A stretch of 64,000 nt of DNA from Candidatus Krumholzibacteriia bacterium (GCA_046484865.1 JAWOID010000116.1:1-64000); one strand, 5' to 3'; shown: positions 49,037 to 59,520, counted from the first letter of the stretch. A program made the numbers and translations. Notes: generated by a model from the sequence alone, not told the origin.

Positions 49037-50035
49037 GTGACCGCCTTGCCGCGCAACCTCGCTCTGGTCGCTGCGGTGGTGGTCACGGTCGCCACCGCCG
49101 CCGTGGGGTGGTGGAGCGCGGCCGCGTCGGAAGACGCGCCGGTACAGGTGGTGGCGTACCTGTTGCTTCTGCCGGCTCCGTTCGTGGTGGGCGCCGTCTG
49201 GGGTCTGGCGCTGCGGCGTGCCGGCACGCTCGGGCAGGTGGCCACGGCCGCGGCGCTGACGGGCGCGGCGGTCTACCTGATCGCCGGCGGAGACATCGCC
49301 CTGCCGGTGGTCGGTCACGCCGCGGCCGGACTGCTGGCCGCCCTGGGGCTGCTGCGCGCGTGGCCGGCGAACCGGATCGTCGGGGCCGTCGCCCTGGCGC
49401 TGGCTCCCGCCGTCGTGGCGGTGGCGCTCGAGCAGCCGGTGGCGGACGTCCTCGCGCTGGAATCCGACCGCGCCCGTTCCGCCGCGGCGGAGCGATTGCC
49501 GTCGCAGATGACCGCAGCCGAGCGCGAGGCCGCCCTGCGGGAGTACGACGAGCGCATGGCCGACGTGGTGGCGATGGCTGGCCGCATCTGGCCGGGTGTC
49601 CTGGCCCTGGGCCTGCTGGCGGTGGCGGCGGGAATCGTGGCGGTGACGGCCGCCGCGCTGCGGTGGCTCGGTGGCTGGGGCGGTGGACTGCCCTGGTCGC
49701 GCTTCGCGCGGTGGCGGCTGCCGTTCTACCTGGTCTGGGTGCTGGCGGCCGGTCTGGTCATGATCCTCACCCGCCAGGGGGTGGTGTTCGTGGCCGGGGT
49801 GAATGCGATCCTGGTGACCGCGGCGCTGCTGGCGGTGCAGGGCATCGCGGTGCAGGTTCACGTGATCGGACGGATGGTCGGCCCGCGAGGACAGGTGGTG
49901 TTCTGGATCGCGGCCGGGCTGTTCTTCGCGCCGCTCGTGGTGGCCAGCGGCGCGCTGCTGGGGCTGCTGGATCAGTGGCTGGACATCCGCCGGCTCGACG
50001 CTGGTGGCGAGCCGCCGCCGGGTGCCGCGGCCTGA
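49037..50035 (+). CDS. DUF2232/YybS-like membrane protein
   Basis: Polytopic, with WRLP, QG and GLLDQWLDIRR motifs; lies between rpsR and rplI. Confidence 0.75.
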   Translation: MTALPRNLALVAAVVVTVATAAVGWWSAAASEDAPVQVVAYLLLLPAPFVVGAVWGLALRRAGTLGQVATAAALTGAAVYLIAGGDIALPVVGHAAAGLLAALGLLRAWPANRIVGAVALALAPAVVAVALEQPVADVLALESDRARSAAAERLPSQMTAAEREAALREYDERMADVVAMAGRIWPGVLALGLLAVAAGIVAVTAAALRWLGGWGGGLPWSRFARWRLPFYLVWVLAAGLVMILTRQGVVFVAGVNAILVTAALLAVQGIAVQVHVIGRMVGPRGQVVFWIAAGLFFAPLVVASGALLGLLDQWLDIRRLDAGGEPPPGAAA

Positions 50036-50152
50036 GCGTCGACCGCGATCTGGAGAGCCGGAAGTGGAGAGCGCCGCGCCGCGCGGCGCAGTCGAACTGC
50101 CGCACCGGGGCGGCGGACGAGGGAACTCAGCGAGAAGCAAGGTGGTCGAACC

Positions 50153-50605
50153 ATGGAAGTGATCCTCACCGCGCGGGTTGAGAACGTGGGCGACATGGGT
50201 GAGGTCGTCAACGTCGCCCGCGGATATGCGCGCAACTTCCTCATCCCGCGCGGGCTCGCGGTGGTGGCCAGCAAGGGCGCCAGGAAGCAGGTCGCCGAGC
50301 AGGTGGCCCTCGAGCGCAAGCGGGACGACGACCTCCGCTCGACGGCGGAGAAGGTGGCCCGCAAGTACGCCGATCGCGAGTTGAGCGTGAGTTTCGCGGT
50401 GCAGGCCGGCGAGGACGACCGGCTCTTCGGCTCGGTGGGCGTTCGCGACATCGCCGCCGCCCTCGCCGAGCAGGGGCTCGAGTTCGAAGCGCGTCAGGTG
50501 CTTCTGGACGAGCCCATCAAGCAGCTCGGCGTGTACACTGTGCCGGTGAAGCTGCACCAGGCTGTCGAGGTGCCGGTGAAGGTGTGGGTGACCCGCGTCG
50601 AGTGA
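50153..50605 (+). CDS. rplI: 50S ribosomal protein L9
   Basis: MEVIL, GYARNFLIP, LFGSV and PIKQLG motifs. Confidence 0.96.
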   Translation: MEVILTARVENVGDMGEVVNVARGYARNFLIPRGLAVVASKGARKQVAEQVALERKRDDDLRSTAEKVARKYADRELSVSFAVQAGEDDRLFGSVGVRDIAAALAEQGLEFEARQVLLDEPIKQLGVYTVPVKLHQAVEVPVKVWVTRVE

Positions 50606-50633
50606 GTCGCCGCGCCCCAACGAGGAGCCGACC

Positions 50634-51728
50634 ATGAACGCCACCGGCGGCGACCGCAGGCCTCGCGGTTTCTGCGTGATCATGGCGGGCGGTCGCGGCA
50701 CCCGCTTCTGGCCGCTGAGCCGCACGGCACGGCCGAAGCAGTTGCTGCCGCTCGCCGGCGACCGCAGCCTGCTGCGCGAGACCTACGAGCGGGTGGCGCC
50801 GCTGGTCGGACCCGAGAACGTGCTCGTCATCACCAGCGGCAGCCTCGCTCCCGCCTGCCGCGCCGAACTGCCCGAGTTGCCCGAGGATCGCGTGGTCGCG
50901 GAACCGGTGGGCCGCAACACCGCGCCGTGCGCGGTCCTGGGAGCGGGCATCGCCCGCCGTCTGGTTCCCGGTGCGCCGGTGGCCCTGCTTCCGGCCGACC
51001 ACCACATTCCCGACGCCGACCTGTTCCAGAGCCAGCTCGCCGACGCCTTCGCGCACGCCGCCGCGCGCGGCGGCGTCGTCACCTTCGGCGTGCCCCCCTC
51101 GCGTCCCGAGACCGGCTACGGCTACCTGGAGGTCGCCGAGTCGCCCGCAGACGGGAACTTCCTGGCCGGACGCGCCTTCGTGGAGAAACCGGACCGCGCC
51201 CGCGCGGAGATGTACCTGCGCGGCGGCCGCCACTTCTGGAACAGCGGCATCTTCGTCTGGAATCCCGACGACTTCGCCGCCGCGGTGGACCACCTGGTGC
51301 CATCGATGGTGGCCGAACTCGAGCCGGCGGTGGCGGCCTTCGGCACCCCGGATTTCGCGACGGCGCTGGAGACGAGCTATCGCGCCTGCCCGGCGGATTC
51401 CATCGATTACGCCGTGATGGAGAAGCTGCCCCGCTTCACGGTGCTCATCGCTGGCTTCTCCTGGTCGGACGTGGGCAGCTGGGACGCGTGGGGCGAACTC
51501 GCGCCCGCTCTGGGCGAGGGAAACCGGGGACGAGGCGATCTGCTGGCGGTATCGGCCCGCCACAACACCGTCCACGTGCCGGGCAAGCTGGTGGCCCTCG
51601 TGGGCGTGGACGATCTCATCGTGGTGGACACCGATGACGCGTTGCTGGTCTGCGACCGGCGGCAGGCGCAGCGGCTGCGCGATGTCATCGCGGAACTGGA
51701 ACAGCGCGAGCGCGACGATCTGCTCTGA
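50634..51728 (+). CDS. manC: Mannose-1-phosphate guanylyltransferase
   Basis: MAGGRGTRFWPLSR, EPVGRNTAP, PADH, FVEKP, SIDYAVMEK and WSDVGSW motifs. Confidence 0.92.
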   Translation: MNATGGDRRPRGFCVIMAGGRGTRFWPLSRTARPKQLLPLAGDRSLLRETYERVAPLVGPENVLVITSGSLAPACRAELPELPEDRVVAEPVGRNTAPCAVLGAGIARRLVPGAPVALLPADHHIPDADLFQSQLADAFAHAAARGGVVTFGVPPSRPETGYGYLEVAESPADGNFLAGRAFVEKPDRARAEMYLRGGRHFWNSGIFVWNPDDFAAAVDHLVPSMVAELEPAVAAFGTPDFATALETSYRACPADSIDYAVMEKLPRFTVLIAGFSWSDVGSWDAWGELAPALGEGNRGRGDLLAVSARHNTVHVPGKLVALVGVDDLIVVDTDDALLVCDRRQAQRLRDVIAELEQRERDDLL

Positions 51729-51825
51729 CCGACCTCCGGCGACCGGGCGGCCCGGCCGGCCGACCGCCGGACGCAACACCGCCCCCCGCAGCGGCGGGCG
51801 GCCTCGCGAAAGGAGACTGAAGGAC

Positions 51826-53103
51826 ATGAAGCCCAACCGCATGCATTCCGGTTCGACCAGGCGGGCGATGCGCCATGGTGGCCTCGGCCTGCTGGCCTTC
51901 GGCCTGCTGGCGGCTCTCGCGGCCTGCGACGATGGCCCCTCGGGTGCCGGAACGCGTCTGGATCCCCCCGAAGACATGCTCTTCGGCGACGGCACCGATC
52001 CCGGCTCGCCCGTGATCGCACGCGTGGACGGTTTCGCGATCACCCAGCGCGATCTGGAGAAGCGGCGCGAGGAATTCACCCGCGAGGAGCGGCGCCAGTT
52101 CGAGGGCGACAGCGGCGACCGGCTGCTGATACGCGCCATGGTCGACGAGGCGCTGCTGGCGAAGGGCGCCCGCGACCTGGAACTGTACAAGGACCCCAGC
52201 TTCGTCCGCACGCTCGTGATGAACCGGCGGGTCGCGCTCGTGGATGCCATGCGCAATCTCGGGCTGTTGAAGGGGCGGGAGCCTTCCCAGGAGGAGCTGC
52301 GGCAGTACTTCCTGGACAATCGCGACAGCTACATGCTCCAGGGCACCATGAACGCTCGGCACATCGAGACCGGCAGCCGCGAGCAGGCCGAAGAGGCATA
52401 CGCGCAGATCATGTCGGCGGACACCGACGAGAACTGGGCATTCCGGCGTGCGGTGGCCGAGTACTCCACCAACGCCGTCACGCGGCAGCGTCAGGGCGAT
52501 CTGGGCTGGTTCAACCCCGGCGGGTTCATCGGCGGCGTGGAGCAGTCGAAGGAGCTGAGCAGCGCAGCCTGGGAGTTGCAGACGGGCGTGAACCCACCCA
52601 TCCAGGTGGGCGATCGGTGGCACGTCATCCAGGTGCTGCAGCGCCAGCATGCGCGGCCGATGACGTTCGAGGAAGCCTTCGAGCGGGTGAAGATGGAGTA
52701 CATGCCGCGGTGGCAGGGACAGATCATTGGCGAATGGCTGAGGTCCGCCCGTGCCGAGGCGGACATCGAGTTCTACGGCGACTACCGGCCCGGCCAGGGG
52801 AAGACCCCGGCCGAGCTCTTCGAGCGGGCTCAGGTCGTCCAGGATCTGCAGCAGAAGATCTCGCTGCTCGATCTGCTGGTGGAGGATTATCCCGAGAGCG
52901 ACCTCGTGGACGATGCGCTCTTCCTGGCGGCGAATCTCTTGCTGGACACCCACAACGACCAGCTCGCCGCGCGCCGGTACCTGCGGCAGCTCCTGCGCGA
53001 CCACCCCGGCAGCGACTATGCCGACGACGCGCAGTACATCATCGAGAACATGGGCCGGCCGAACTTCCGCAATCCGCAGAGCATCGAGGACCTGCGCGGC
53101 TGA
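51826..53103 (+). CDS. Parvulin-type peptidyl-prolyl isomerase lipoprotein with C-terminal TPR
   Basis: LAAC lipobox, ARHI, F..AVAEYS, GDLGWF and WHVI. C-terminal 'DYPES'/'DHPGS' TPR-like repeats. Confidence 0.8.
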   Translation: MKPNRMHSGSTRRAMRHGGLGLLAFGLLAALAACDDGPSGAGTRLDPPEDMLFGDGTDPGSPVIARVDGFAITQRDLEKRREEFTREERRQFEGDSGDRLLIRAMVDEALLAKGARDLELYKDPSFVRTLVMNRRVALVDAMRNLGLLKGREPSQEELRQYFLDNRDSYMLQGTMNARHIETGSREQAEEAYAQIMSADTDENWAFRRAVAEYSTNAVTRQRQGDLGWFNPGGFIGGVEQSKELSSAAWELQTGVNPPIQVGDRWHVIQVLQRQHARPMTFEEAFERVKMEYMPRWQGQIIGEWLRSARAEADIEFYGDYRPGQGKTPAELFERAQVVQDLQQKISLLDLLVEDYPESDLVDDALFLAANLLLDTHNDQLAARRYLRQLLRDHPGSDYADDAQYIIENMGRPNFRNPQSIEDLRG

Positions 53104-53249
53104 TCCGCCGGGGGCCGGGGGGGGGCGTTGACACCCCCCCGGCCTCTGGTAGACTTGCCGTGCCGACCTCCGGCGTCGCGTGGACGACGCTCCCGGACCG
53201 CTCGCCCCCGGACGCTGGCGATCACGTCACCCAGGCCGAAAGGAACGCC

Positions 53250-53801
53250 ATGGATCTCCCTCGTGAGTTCCCGCCCCGGTGCCGCGCGGAGCGCCGGACC
53301 GAGCGGTCGCTGGTGACGCGCCGAAGACTGTGCGTGATCGCTCTGGTGCTGCTCGCTCCGCTGGCGGGGGCGTCCGCGGCGACCGCGGACGCGGCGGTTG
53401 CGACGGCCGGCGCCGCGGTCGCTCCGGACGAGGCCGCCGTGGACACGACGGCGGCGCCGGACGGTTTGGCCGTGGCCGGGATACGGTTCGGCACCGGCAT
53501 CGACCCCGAGCGCCGCGAGCCCGCCGGTGTAGCCGACACCTTCGCGGCGGACGTGGGTCGCGTGTACTGCTGGACGCTGGTGGAAGGCGCCCGGACACCC
53601 ACCCAGATCACCCACGCCTGGTACCACCAGGGCGAGCCGATGGCGAAGGTGGTCCTGCCCGTCGGGGCGCAGCGGTGGCGCACCTACTCGAGCAAGGCGA
53701 TCCTACCCGAGTGGACTGGCCCCTGGGAGGTGAAGGTCCTGGACGCGCAGGGCGCCATCATCGGGTCGGCTTCGTTCACCGTGGGCGCAGGCGGGAGGTG
53801 A
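53250..53801 (+). CDS. DUF2914 domain protein
   Basis: REP.G, VYCWT, HAWY, WRTYSSK and GPWEVKV motifs. Confidence 0.8.
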   Translation: MDLPREFPPRCRAERRTERSLVTRRRLCVIALVLLAPLAGASAATADAAVATAGAAVAPDEAAVDTTAAPDGLAVAGIRFGTGIDPERREPAGVADTFAADVGRVYCWTLVEGARTPTQITHAWYHQGEPMAKVVLPVGAQRWRTYSSKAILPEWTGPWEVKVLDAQGAIIGSASFTVGAGGR

Positions 53802-53803
53802 CC

Positions 53804-54331
53804 ATGATCCGGGCGCGCGTCGGGGGCATGATCCTCGACGAGACGAAGAAGGCGCCGGTGCTGCTGCTGCACCTGGTGGCGCTGGATCGCTACCTGCCGA
53901 TCTGGATCGGCCCGCCGGAGGCCGCCAGCATCGGCATGGTCCTGCAGCAGCAGGCTTTCGAGCGACCGCTCACCCATGACCTGCTCGTCACGGTCGTGGA
54001 TGCCCTGGACGGCAAGGTGGCGCGGGTCGTGATCGTGGACCAGCGACAGAACACTTACTACGCCAAGCTCTTCATCGAGCACGGCGACCAGGTGCTCGGC
54101 ATCGATGCGCGGCCGAGCGACTCGATCGCCATCGCCTTGCGCGCCGAGGCTCCCATCTACGTCACCGAGCAGGTGGTGGAGAAGGTTCGCGACAGTCTGC
54201 TGCAGTTCGACGCCGACGGCACCCAGCGCCTGCACGAGGACGAGCCCGGCGACGAGCCCGGCGACGAGCCTGGCTTCGATCCCGACGCACCCGACCTGGA
54301 GGACGGCGAGGAAGGGATGGACCCGCAATGA
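53804..54331 (+). CDS. Bifunctional nuclease family (DUF151) protein
   Basis: LPIWIG..EA, RPLTHDL and DARPSDSIAIALR motifs. Confidence 0.9.
   Translation: MIRARVGGMILDETKKAPVLLLHLVALDRYLPIWIGPPEAASIGMVLQQQAFERPLTHDLLVTVVDALDGKVARVVIVDQRQNTYYAKLFIEHGDQVLGIDARPSDSIAIALRAEAPIYVTEQVVEKVRDSLLQFDADGTQRLHEDEPGDEPGDEPGFDPDAPDLEDGEEGMDPQ
54239..54274 (+). repeat. 12-bp tandem repeat x3 (DEPG)
   Basis: GACGAGCCCGGC x2 followed by GACGAGCCTGGC. Confidence 0.8.
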
Positions 54332-56262
54332 CGACACACCGCGGCAGCTTCACGGCGGGTCGAATGGGGCGCTGGATGCTGCTGCTGACCGCGATCCTGT
54401 CGGCGGTCGTGCTGGCGGCCGGCTGCGGCGGCGGCAAGCCGGGTCGGCGGGAGCCGGCCTCCGCTCTCGATCTGCAAGGCGAGAATCTCGAGCGCGCACA
54501 GCGGCTCTTCCTGCAGTTGCAGCAGGAGCATGCGCTGCGGCGCGACCGGCAGGTGCTGGATCTCGCCTTCGAGCTGCTGGACCGCTACCCGTCCTTCGCG
54601 GGGAACGAGGAGGCCTTGAGGCTGGCGGTGAGTTCGGCGCAGAGGCTGGACGACGTGTCCACTGGGCAACGCCTCGCGTCCGAGTACCTGGCGCAGCATC
54701 CGGATAGCCCCTACGTGCCGGAGGTCCTGGCGCTGACCGCTCACCTGGCCGCTGCCGCGGGCGACGGTCCCGCAGCGGCGCAGGCGCTCGTCCGGTTGCA
54801 CGACCAGGCCCACACGGACGAGGAACGGGTTGCAGCGACCCACGAGCTGGAGTCCTACCTGGCGGCGCTCGGCGGCGCCGATCTGCAGAGGCTCTATCTC
54901 GACAATCACGAGCGCAGCCTCGGTTCGCATCTCGGCTATCGCGCGGTGCGCGCCATGCTCCAGGAGGGGAGCCTGGTCGAGGCCGGCGAGCTGGCCAAGA
55001 GGCTTCGACGCGATGCTCCGGGTGATCCCTGGACCCATGCGGCGGCGAGGCTGCTGGACGCTCCGGTCGAGGAACTGGCCGCGGCAGGAGTGATCCCCGG
55101 CGCTGTCGCGCCGGGCCGGGTGGGCGTGCTCTGTCCGCTGACAGGCCGTTACGCCGCGCTCGGCAATGCTTTCTACGAGGGTGCCCGGCTGGCGCTGGAG
55201 CACGTGCAGCAGGCGGCTGCCGGCAACCCCGAAGTCGAAGTGGATCTGGAACTGACAGTGGAGGACAGCGAGGCCGATCCGGTGGTGGCGGCACTGGCGG
55301 CCCGGCGCCTCTGCGTCCAGCAGGGGAGCGTGGCGCTGGTGGGCGCCATGCTCAGCGCCACCACGGCCACCGCGGCGCTGGTCTGCGAACACCTGGGTGT
55401 GCCGCTGGTGTCTCCCACCGCCACCCACGACCGGCTGGGCGAGCTGGGTGCCCACGTGGTCCAGACCAACCAGACCGAGGCATACGAGGTCGAGTTGCTG
55501 GCCCAGCTCGCCACCCGCCTCATGCAGAAGGAACGCTTCGCCGTGCTCTATCCGCGTGGCCGCGAGGGGGAGGCGAGCCTGGCGCTGTTCCAGCGGGCCG
55601 TGGAGCCATGGGGTGGTCGAATCGTGGCGGCGGAAGGATTCCCGCCCGAGGCCACCGACTTCCGCGAGGCGATCCGCCAGGTGCGCAGCGCGCGCCCGGA
55701 GGTGATCTACGTTCCTGCGGGCTACGACCAGATGATCCTGCTCGGACCTCAGCTCGACTTCTACAGCGTCGGCGCGGTGATCATGGGGCCCAGCCGCTGG
55801 AACCTGGACCGGGTGGTGGAGCGTACGGGAGCCTCGCTGCAGCGGGCGCTCACCGTGAGCGAGGTGGCCATGTTCGCCGCCGACTGGACGGCCGAGTTCC
55901 GGGCGGCGTGGGACGACTCCCGCTACCCGGCGGAGGCCACCGTCCTGGCTCTGCGCTCTTACCAGGCCACCCGTTCGGTGCTGGAGGAACTTCTGCTGCT
56001 GCCGCTACCGTCGCGGCGCGACCTGCTGAGCGACGCTCTGCAACGTCGCTTCAGTCCACGCACCTTCGACGCCGAGGGCCCGGAGGCCTTCGCGCGCAGC
56101 GTACGCATGGCGGAGTCGGGCGGGACCGTGCCGTTCCCGGCCGAGCTGTACGCGGAGGCCTGGGCGCGTGCCCGGGCGGCGATCGCGGGAGCGGACAGCC
56201 TCGGCGGTCCGGAGGCGCCGGCGGATTCCGTCCCGCGCCTCAGCCCGCGTAAGGACCTTTGA
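54328..56262 (+). CDS. Lipoprotein with TPR-like N-domain and type-I periplasmic-binding fold (LpoA/LppC-like)
   Basis: AAGC lipobox and VGVLCPLTGRYAALG, GVPLVSPTAT and PEVIYVP motifs. Confidence 0.75.
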   Translation: MTTHRGSFTAGRMGRWMLLLTAILSAVVLAAGCGGGKPGRREPASALDLQGENLERAQRLFLQLQQEHALRRDRQVLDLAFELLDRYPSFAGNEEALRLAVSSAQRLDDVSTGQRLASEYLAQHPDSPYVPEVLALTAHLAAAAGDGPAAAQALVRLHDQAHTDEERVAATHELESYLAALGGADLQRLYLDNHERSLGSHLGYRAVRAMLQEGSLVEAGELAKRLRRDAPGDPWTHAAARLLDAPVEELAAAGVIPGAVAPGRVGVLCPLTGRYAALGNAFYEGARLALEHVQQAAAGNPEVEVDLELTVEDSEADPVVAALAARRLCVQQGSVALVGAMLSATTATAALVCEHLGVPLVSPTATHDRLGELGAHVVQTNQTEAYEVELLAQLATRLMQKERFAVLYPRGREGEASLALFQRAVEPWGGRIVAAEGFPPEATDFREAIRQVRSARPEVIYVPAGYDQMILLGPQLDFYSVGAVIMGPSRWNLDRVVERTGASLQRALTVSEVAMFAADWTAEFRAAWDDSRYPAEATVLALRSYQATRSVLEELLLLPLPSRRDLLSDALQRRFSPRTFDAEGPEAFARSVRMAESGGTVPFPAELYAEAWARARAAIAGADSLGGPEAPADSVPRLSPRKDL

Positions 56263-56947
56263 AGTTGCAGGGCACGGTGATCCAGCGGCCCAGCGTGGGA
56301 GGCGGGTCGACGATCCACTCGAACTCCCACTGCCGCAACGCCCGGAGCAGTTCGGCCTCGAAGACCGGCCCACCCTCGTCCTGGGTGATCATGGCGGCCT
56401 GCACCTGGCCGTCGGGGCCGACGAACAGCGAAGCCACCATGCGGATCCGCGGGATGCGCTGCTGAGCCTCGGTGGCGCCGACAGGATACGTCGGGCGCAC
56501 CAGCTTGACGATCCGGTAGTCGGGGCTGGTCTGCTGGGGGAGCAGCAGTTCCACCTGCTCGCGATCGTCGGCGGCGGCGTCGTGCGCCTCCGCCACCACC
56601 TCGCTCTCCTGCGGTCGGTCCCGCCGCGTCTCGACCCGGGGCACCTCCCGCTCCGCCTGCTCCCAGACCCGGTCCGGCACCACCTCGTAGGCTGGCGGCG
56701 TCTCCTCCCGCGCGCGCCGGCGCTCCTGGTGGACGGCATCGCGTCCCTCGTCGATGGAGATGTCGGGCATGATGCGCAGCTCGCCCTCGGCGCCGTACAC
56801 CTCGAACCGGCTCCGCACGCTCTCCTGGTCCGGTCCCAGCATCACGAGCAGTGTCAACAGCAGGAGGGCGACGCCGGTGGCGGCGGCATAGCGCGGCCAG
56901 GCGCGGTCCTTGAAAGCCTGCTGGGCGCGGGTCGTGAAGGTCGGCAT
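56240..56947 (-). CDS. TonB C-terminal domain protein
   Basis: N-terminal TM, P.YP motif, VGPDGQV and ALRQWEF. Confidence 0.7.
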   Translation of the reverse strand: MPTFTTRAQQAFKDRAWPRYAAATGVALLLLTLLVMLGPDQESVRSRFEVYGAEGELRIMPDISIDEGRDAVHQERRRAREETPPAYEVVPDRVWEQAEREVPRVETRRDRPQESEVVAEAHDAAADDREQVELLLPQQTSPDYRIVKLVRPTYPVGATEAQQRIPRIRMVASLFVGPDGQVQAAMITQDEGGPVFEAELLRALRQWEFEWIVDPPPTLGRWITVPCNFKGPYAG

Positions 56948-57012
56948 GAAGTCTCCGCCGGCTGCCGGCCGTTCGTTCGTCGCGTCGCGGTGCCGCCCCC
57001 GTGCCGCAGCGT

Positions 57013-59520
57013 CTAGCGTATCTCGTGGAGCAGCCGCGCCTGCCAGGTACCGTGACCGGCTCGCGTGAACGCCCAGAGCTGCGCGAGGTCGTCGGCATGC
57101 ACCTCGAGCGTGTGGTGGGGCCCCGGCGCCGGAAGCCCCGGTTCTCCGTGATACAGAGAAGATACGGGGAAAGTTGCAGTCGATGGCGCGCGAGGCGGGA
57201 TCCAGAGGAAGTTGCCGTCCAGTCTTGCCCAGCGGCAGCGCGCGGCCGGCATGCCGCCGTCGCCGAGGGAGGATAGCAGAGAGCCCGGGTCGACAGCGGT
57301 CGCCAGGACGGATTCTCCCGCCAGCAGCGCTGTCGTCGCGAGGAAGAGGGCCCTGGCGGTGGCGTGCTGGTGCGACGGCAGGTTCAGGATCTCCTCGCTG
57401 GCCAGGTCGGCGGGTGCGGGCAGTCGTGCCTCCAGGGCCGGGCACGCCGTGTGGCGCAGGAGGTAGGCGTAGCTGGGCGACACCCCGACCGAGTCGCCGG
57501 CGGCCAGCAGCGGCGCATAGGTGCGCGCCAGGAGCCGTGCCCACCGGCGCCCCACGGCGCTGCCGGGATGGTGATGGACCGTCGGGCTGCCGCCGGGATC
57601 GGGGCTCTCGCGGCCGACGACGAGGTACAGGTCGGCGCCCACGCGGTTCGCCAGCAGGATCTTCTGCTCCCGTGGCCACCAGGTCTCGTCGGTGCGTGTG
57701 AGCACCACCCGACATCCCGCGCCCCGGAGCAATCCGGCCAGCTTGCGGGCCACCTGCAGGTTCAACTCGGCGCCGCGGGTGCCCAGCGGTCCCGTGCCCT
57801 CGTCCTCCGCGCCTCCGCCCGCCGGATCCACCACGACCGTCAGTCCCACGAGCGCCGGCAGCAAGGGTTCCCAGTGCAGCGCCTCGACCGGCGCCGCTCC
57901 CGCGGCCTGCCAGGGGGTGCGGCCCGCGCCGTCGACGAAGAGCGGGCGCGCGCCTGGCGCCTCGACCCAGAGGCTGCGGCCGGTTTCCAGGACCGCCAGC
58001 GGGGCGCCGCCGGCTTGCCATGGAGCCGGCGGCAGACCGAGCTTCGGTTCCCATTGCCAGTGCGCCGGGTTCGCAGCCCCGGCCAGGACTTCGGCGCCCA
58101 GCAGGGGCACGAGCCGGGCCGGCGGGTCCACCATGACGACGTCGCACGGGATCGTCGCAGCGCCTGTCGGGTCGCCGGGCAGGCGGTCCACGCGCAGGAA
58201 CCGGAGCTGGCGGAGGTCCGGACTCCCGACCTCGAGTTCCACCAGCCCCCACGAGCCCGCCGGCGCGAGCAGCGGGACGCCGGCCGCGGTCGCGTCCTCG
58301 CCCGCCAGCGACACGCCCGGCCGGGGACCGGGAAGCGGCGGCCGCGGTTCGCGCCAGAGCATGAAGGCCCGCCGGGGAGCCGCCTCCGGCGCCGATCGGC
58401 CATCGCGCTCCAGCACGAGGGCGCACGACCAGGCAGCCGAAGGCCGGCCGACCAGCTGTGCCACCGCCGGTGCCGCCCGGCCGGCGAGGTTGCGGGCGCG
58501 CAGTTCCAGCCGCTGCCAGCCCTGCAGGTCCTCCGGGGCGGCGCGCCAGACGATGCGTACCGCGCCCGGCTCGAGCGCCACCGGCCGCGGCTCGCCCGCG
58601 ACCGTGAGCAGGACCGACGACGGATCCAGCCCCGGTGCTCCGCTCGATCCGGCCTCGAAGGTCCAGGTCAGGGCACCGGCCGGTCCAATCACCGCAGTGT
58701 CGGGATGATCGCTCACCAGCCGCGGCGTTCCGCCCGCGAAGTAGTCCAGCAGACCCAGGAAGTAGGCCTGCGCCTCGAGTTCGTGACTGCGGGCCAGGGT
58801 CAGGCGTCCCTCGATCACGGGATGGGAGATCATCGCCGGCTCGCCAAGCACCGCCGGCACCGTCGCGTTGCGCAGCACGTGGAAGTTGCCCGCCATGATC
58901 CGGGCGGGATGGATCTCGAGTGCCTGCACGAGATGCTTGTGGATGCTGCGTGCCAGATCCAGCGAGGCGCCGTCGTCGCCCACGGGGTAGTAGGTCTGGG
59001 TCTCGTTGATGTCGGGATCGCCGCGGGCGGTGCTGTTGTGGTGGATCGAGAGGAAGACGTCCGGCAGCAGCGAGTCGGCCAGCGCCACGCGCGCGGCGAG
59101 GTCCCGTTCCAGGGTGGAGTCCGTGGCCGAGAGGAGGTCGTGGTCGGCGGAGCGGGTGAGATGGACCTGGGCGCCCGCCCATTCGAGCAAGCCCCGCAGG
59201 TACAGGGCCACGCCCAGGTTGACCTCGGCCTCGGCGAGCCCCCCCGGGCCCACGGCGCCCCGGAACCGGCCCCCGTGGCCGGGATCGATCACGATGCGGC
59301 GTCCCCGCAAGGGCGTGAAGTCGCGCTGGCCGAGTTCCGCGCGCAGACGGGTGTAGCCCGGGATGCCGACGTCCTCGCCGGGCTCCGGCAGCGGAGCCGG
59401 CCGCCGGGCACAGCCCGCGAACACCAGCAGCAGGGCCGCTGCGGCGGGTAGGAGAATCCTCAGGGTTCGAGCCGGGCCGTATATCGCCAAGGTGCCGACC
59501 TCGTCATGGGCCCGCAGCAT
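57013..59520 (-). CDS. N-acetylmuramoyl-L-alanine amidase lipoprotein with tandem Amidase_3 domains
   Basis: FAGC lipobox. Domain 1: IDPGHGG, EAEVNL, FLSIHHN, VLGE. Domain 2: VDPAGGG, VLTR. Start uncertain. Confidence 0.82.
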   Translation of the reverse strand: MLRAHDEVGTLAIYGPARTLRILLPAAAALLLVFAGCARRPAPLPEPGEDVGIPGYTRLRAELGQRDFTPLRGRRIVIDPGHGGRFRGAVGPGGLAEAEVNLGVALYLRGLLEWAGAQVHLTRSADHDLLSATDSTLERDLAARVALADSLLPDVFLSIHHNSTARGDPDINETQTYYPVGDDGASLDLARSIHKHLVQALEIHPARIMAGNFHVLRNATVPAVLGEPAMISHPVIEGRLTLARSHELEAQAYFLGLLDYFAGGTPRLVSDHPDTAVIGPAGALTWTFEAGSSGAPGLDPSSVLLTVAGEPRPVALEPGAVRIVWRAAPEDLQGWQRLELRARNLAGRAAPAVAQLVGRPSAAWSCALVLERDGRSAPEAAPRRAFMLWREPRPPLPGPRPGVSLAGEDATAAGVPLLAPAGSWGLVELEVGSPDLRQLRFLRVDRLPGDPTGAATIPCDVVMVDPPARLVPLLGAEVLAGAANPAHWQWEPKLGLPPAPWQAGGAPLAVLETGRSLWVEAPGARPLFVDGAGRTPWQAAGAAPVEALHWEPLLPALVGLTVVVDPAGGGAEDEGTGPLGTRGAELNLQVARKLAGLLRGAGCRVVLTRTDETWWPREQKILLANRVGADLYLVVGRESPDPGGSPTVHHHPGSAVGRRWARLLARTYAPLLAAGDSVGVSPSYAYLLRHTACPALEARLPAPADLASEEILNLPSHQHATARALFLATTALLAGESVLATAVDPGSLLSSLGDGGMPAARCRWARLDGNFLWIPPRAPSTATFPVSSLYHGEPGLPAPGPHHTLEVHADDLAQLWAFTRAGHGTWQARLLHEIR

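Noticed and set aside
53111..53147. G9/C7 homopolymer tracts as a phase-variation site
   Set aside because: They form the two arms of an intergenic hairpin overlapping a TTGACA; there is no evidence of length variation from one sequence.
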